Shown one piece after another: positions 35,452 to 38,586 of a stretch of DNA of 38,586 bases (its first letter is position 1; every line of letters begins with the position of its first letter). The stretch comes from Dirinaria sp. TL-2023a (taxonomy: Eukaryota): contig JAVEBF010000054.1 of NCBI GenBank assembly GCA_051941275.1, positions 1-38,586 on the forward strand, written 5' to 3'. A model generated the notes under the pieces. That model was not told the origin of the DNA. It saw nothing but the letters and a program-made list of their open reading frames with translations, and made no database searches. The translations under genes and the position numbers were made by a program.

Positions 35452-37922
35452 TCATAACCCCATCTTCCCCTCCCAGCTGACATTTTCCCTGCCACACCAT
35501 TCCTCCAACATGGTCCACCCGGCGCGGACCGCTTCCGGGCACGCCGTTGCCGGTCCCAAAGGTAGGTAATAACCCGCTTCCATGTACCTCCCTGGGGTGA
35601 CTTCATCCTTCGATTTGCCCAGCCCAGGCACCTCCGCGCTTTTAGCCCAGGAATCGGGAAACGTGCGTTGCAGTTCGCGCACGGGGAGCTTCGCGTAGCC
35701 GATCTGCCACGTCAGCTGGGCCTCGCGGACGTTCCGTGCGTGCTCGGTGCGGAAATCGAGGAAGTCCTTCTTCAACTTGCTTTTTTCCTCTGCGGAAGGC
35801 GGAGAAGGAACGTTTCCGTTGGAAGTGGACGCCGCGGTTGAGGGTCGGGTTGTTGTTTCATTTTCCTGAAGACTCTTCAAGAAGGGATCGCCGTCAAAAC
35901 GGTAGGTGTCGCAGACGGCGATCGTGTCGCGACATACACCTTCCAGCTGGTGCACTAGGCCTCGCAGTGGGAGGTATAGCTGGGTCGCCATCTTGACGAA
36001 ATTGATGTAGCCGAGCAATGAACGCCATGCGGTGGGATCGAACGAGGGTCCGTAGGCGCGGCTGATTTCGTCCTTCAGGGCGAAAGAGAGCATGAAAGAG
36101 AGGAGTGCCTCGAAGGCGAGGGCAGCGCCCTGTTTCGTGGTAGGAGAATCGATCTTCGCTTGCGTTTCTGTGGGAATTAAAGCCTGAGCTTCATGTTTCA
36201 ATTTTCGTCCCAGAGCTGCGAATTTTCCTTGTTCGGCTTTTAAGACGGCAACTTTGTCTCGATTCGAGACGTCAACTGAAGATGCTGAAGAGGTAGCGCG
36301 AGCTTCGCGATTGTTGCGGTCTGAGGTAGTGCTTGCAGTTGGAGTACTGCCCCGTGCAGCCCCAAGTGGTGTGGTCACGTCACCTTCGGACGAGCCAATC
36401 CGGCGCATTGTGGAACCCTTCAGATCGCGTTTCGGGGTGGCTAAGTGTGATTTCTGCGCACTGCTGTGCTGGGATAGTACTGGAGATATTATGGGCGGCC
36501 TCAAAGGTGTACGTGGTTTGGATGATAGATCAAGACGATCTGGGTGTTTAGCTCGCTTGTTGGCAGGTTCAGCGATAGCGCTTGCCTCATCTTCTTGTCT
36601 CCGCCGTTTTTCCGCAGACTTGGAGGCAAGTGCAGTGGCGTCTGCTATTTTGGGATCGGGCTCATCGCCCAGACTTCTATTGCTCGGGGTTCTCTTCATG
36701 AGTTGGTCGACGCTCTTCTGCTGACGGGGCTTCATGTTCAAAATTCGTAAACAATTCTTGCGGATTGCTTTGGGTATTCGAAGCTTTAGAACCAGACTTG
36801 GACGTTTCGGCCCAGATTTCGAATTCACTGCTCCGTATGTGAGATTAGAGATTCTCTCTTTGTCTGTATTGCTTGTGTTTTCCTTCGGTTTGGATTGCGC
36901 TTTGGTGACGCCATTCGATACAGCAGCCTTGACACCATTGGCTGGAGCATACTTTGGCTCTTTGATTTCGCGAGGAGATTCCTTCACTACTTTTCTTTCA
37001 GAGGCCTTTGCAGGAGTGACCACACTCTTCTCAGGTGGTTTGGCTGACTTGGGCTTCTCTATCTGGCTAAGTTGATCTGAGGAAGCCTTTTTTGTTGGGA
37101 TGGTTGCTGCGTTGGAGGCTCCCTTCCCGGTTGCCGGATCCTCCTTACTCTGCTTCAACTTGAACAACTCGTCCTCAATAACCGCCGGTAAATTGGGCGA
37201 CAAAAGCGGAGGTAACGTGAAGACAGCATGCTTCTCTGAAGTTTGAGGCTCTTTGGGGCTTTTACGCGCTTTTTTGGTTGGCGGGGATTCTGGCCGAAGG
37301 ATTTGGGATTCCGCCCCATTCGAGTTTTCCACAGCGTCAATAGGCCTGTGACAAAGTCAGCAAATGCGTACAGCAGCTATTTTCGTGTTAGATAGTCGTA
37401 CCTTTTTAGGCTTTGAGGTTCCTCCTGAGCGGTCGCCGCCTGTTCAGCTGTAGGAGGTTGTGACATCTTGAGATCCTCAGGGGGCTTTGGGGGCTCATGA
37501 TCAACTTTCTGGGTAGAGGGTTTCGCGGCCGACTGCCCGCTAGCTTTATTCTTGTAATCGAGGAGACTTATTTTCTTTTTCGCCGGTTGCCCAGGTAATG
37601 GCGAGTTCGTGCCACTTCTTTTCTCCTGCGGGGGCTTGATGTTCCCGTGTCCGTCGTCCCAGTCTCCAATTACCCGAAACATTGTGTCTTCGTTCTGATG
37701 GTTCAAGAATGCGAGGTACTGCAATCGCTCCTCGTGCGCAGCGAATGGAGAGCCCCTGCGCCAGTCGTTGATGTGCTGTGGGCTCATGCGATAGTCCGAT
37801 GGAATGGTCAAGAGGTAGGGTGTTTGAGGAAGAATGGTCTGACTGATATGTCGAAGCCTGGCATCAACTGGATGCATCAGATTGGTATTATTCTCGGAAG
37901 ATTTCAGGGAATTGTAGGACAT
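35452..37922 (-). CDS. Large disordered nuclear protein with C-terminal Ebp1/AFF(AF4)-like helical domain (ELL-binding protein-like); intron 37401-37346
   Basis: The N-exon contains QTPYLL...EERLQY...KKKISLLDYKNK. The body is K/S/P-rich with LPPLLSP and LVLKLRIPK. The C-terminal FAALGRKLKHEA...AFEALLSFMLSF...WRSLL resembles the AFF CHD 'AKKLKHKA...EAVLSF'. The intron is phase-consistent. Confidence 0.7.
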
Positions 37923-38586
37923 GGTTCGAATGTGGATTGTTTCGTATCATCAAGATGTTTCTGGTGGGAGCAGAATTAGAAGAGAAGCTGATGGATGATT
38001 GAGAGGGAGCCCAGAACGCGTCGTGTGTTGAGGGAAGGTATGTGAGGGAGTTTTGGACGGGTCGTCATTCACTGACCGTGTGAATGGAGCTTTCGAAGGC
38101 TATTGTCATGCAGCCTTCAAAAAGGCCTTCTCTATTGTCACCATGGGCCGGCAGGTGAGGGCGACTTGGCCCCGCGGCCCACTTCACTCCCACTGTTTCA
38201 ATCGTGTCCTTGGAACTCCTCACATCTCCAGTAGCAGTGAAGATCACAATAGAAGAATCATCAAGCTTCGGGGTTTTTTTCAGGCCAGCCTCTGCTTTCC
38301 CGGCAGCTTGAGTTTGTTGCGAAAGGGCGGGGTTCTGATGTTGCACGCACACGATCTGTTTCACTGCGACGGATTCTTTGTTTGATCTCTCTTTCACGAA
38401 ACGATCATTACCTGGAAATCAGTGCTATTGTGCTTTCTGTTGGGACTGGGGATGGAGATGGGGAGATTTGCCGGGTGTGGGCGAATTGGGCTTATGCACG
38501 TGAATGATGGAAGTGAAATGCAGGTTCGCATGTGTCCAGGGCGATCACGAACGGGAAAAGGTGACAGGCGTCGGGGGGTTTAACCG

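Noticed and set aside
38053..38397. Overlapping 110-aa ORFs on both strands
   Set aside because: They lie in the probable 5' UTR or promoter of the Ebp1-like gene and show no family features.

Overview
Intron-rich genomic DNA from a filamentous ascomycete (Pezizomycotina-type genes with short GT-AG introns and CTRAC branch points). Most of the window is conserved housekeeping genes: complex I 75/78-kDa subunit, a SLY41-like TPT transporter, an S9-type alpha/beta hydrolase, an 8-repeat PUF protein, PEX39-like, SCD6/LSM14, RAD57, a caprin/YAG7-like RGG protein, the RPH1/KdmA demethylase, ERD2 and an Ebp1/AFF-like protein. The third SCD6 intron hosts an snR52-like C/D snoRNA. The most unusual part is the orphan island at about 29.55-34.0 kb between ERD2 and the Ebp1-like gene. 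It appears to hold a diverged tandem duplication (offset about 1.8-1.9 kb) of a divergently oriented two-gene module. One plus-strand member carries an R-x4-H (HEPN-like) motif in an exon reached only through a GC-AG intron. Its paralog has swapped its C-terminus for an HSBP1-like coiled coil. The minus-strand partners are partly decayed. A small Cys/His-motif ORF with an in-frame UGA-CUG at a CxxC position follows. Exon structures were derived by hand and family calls come from remembered motifs; no database search was run.
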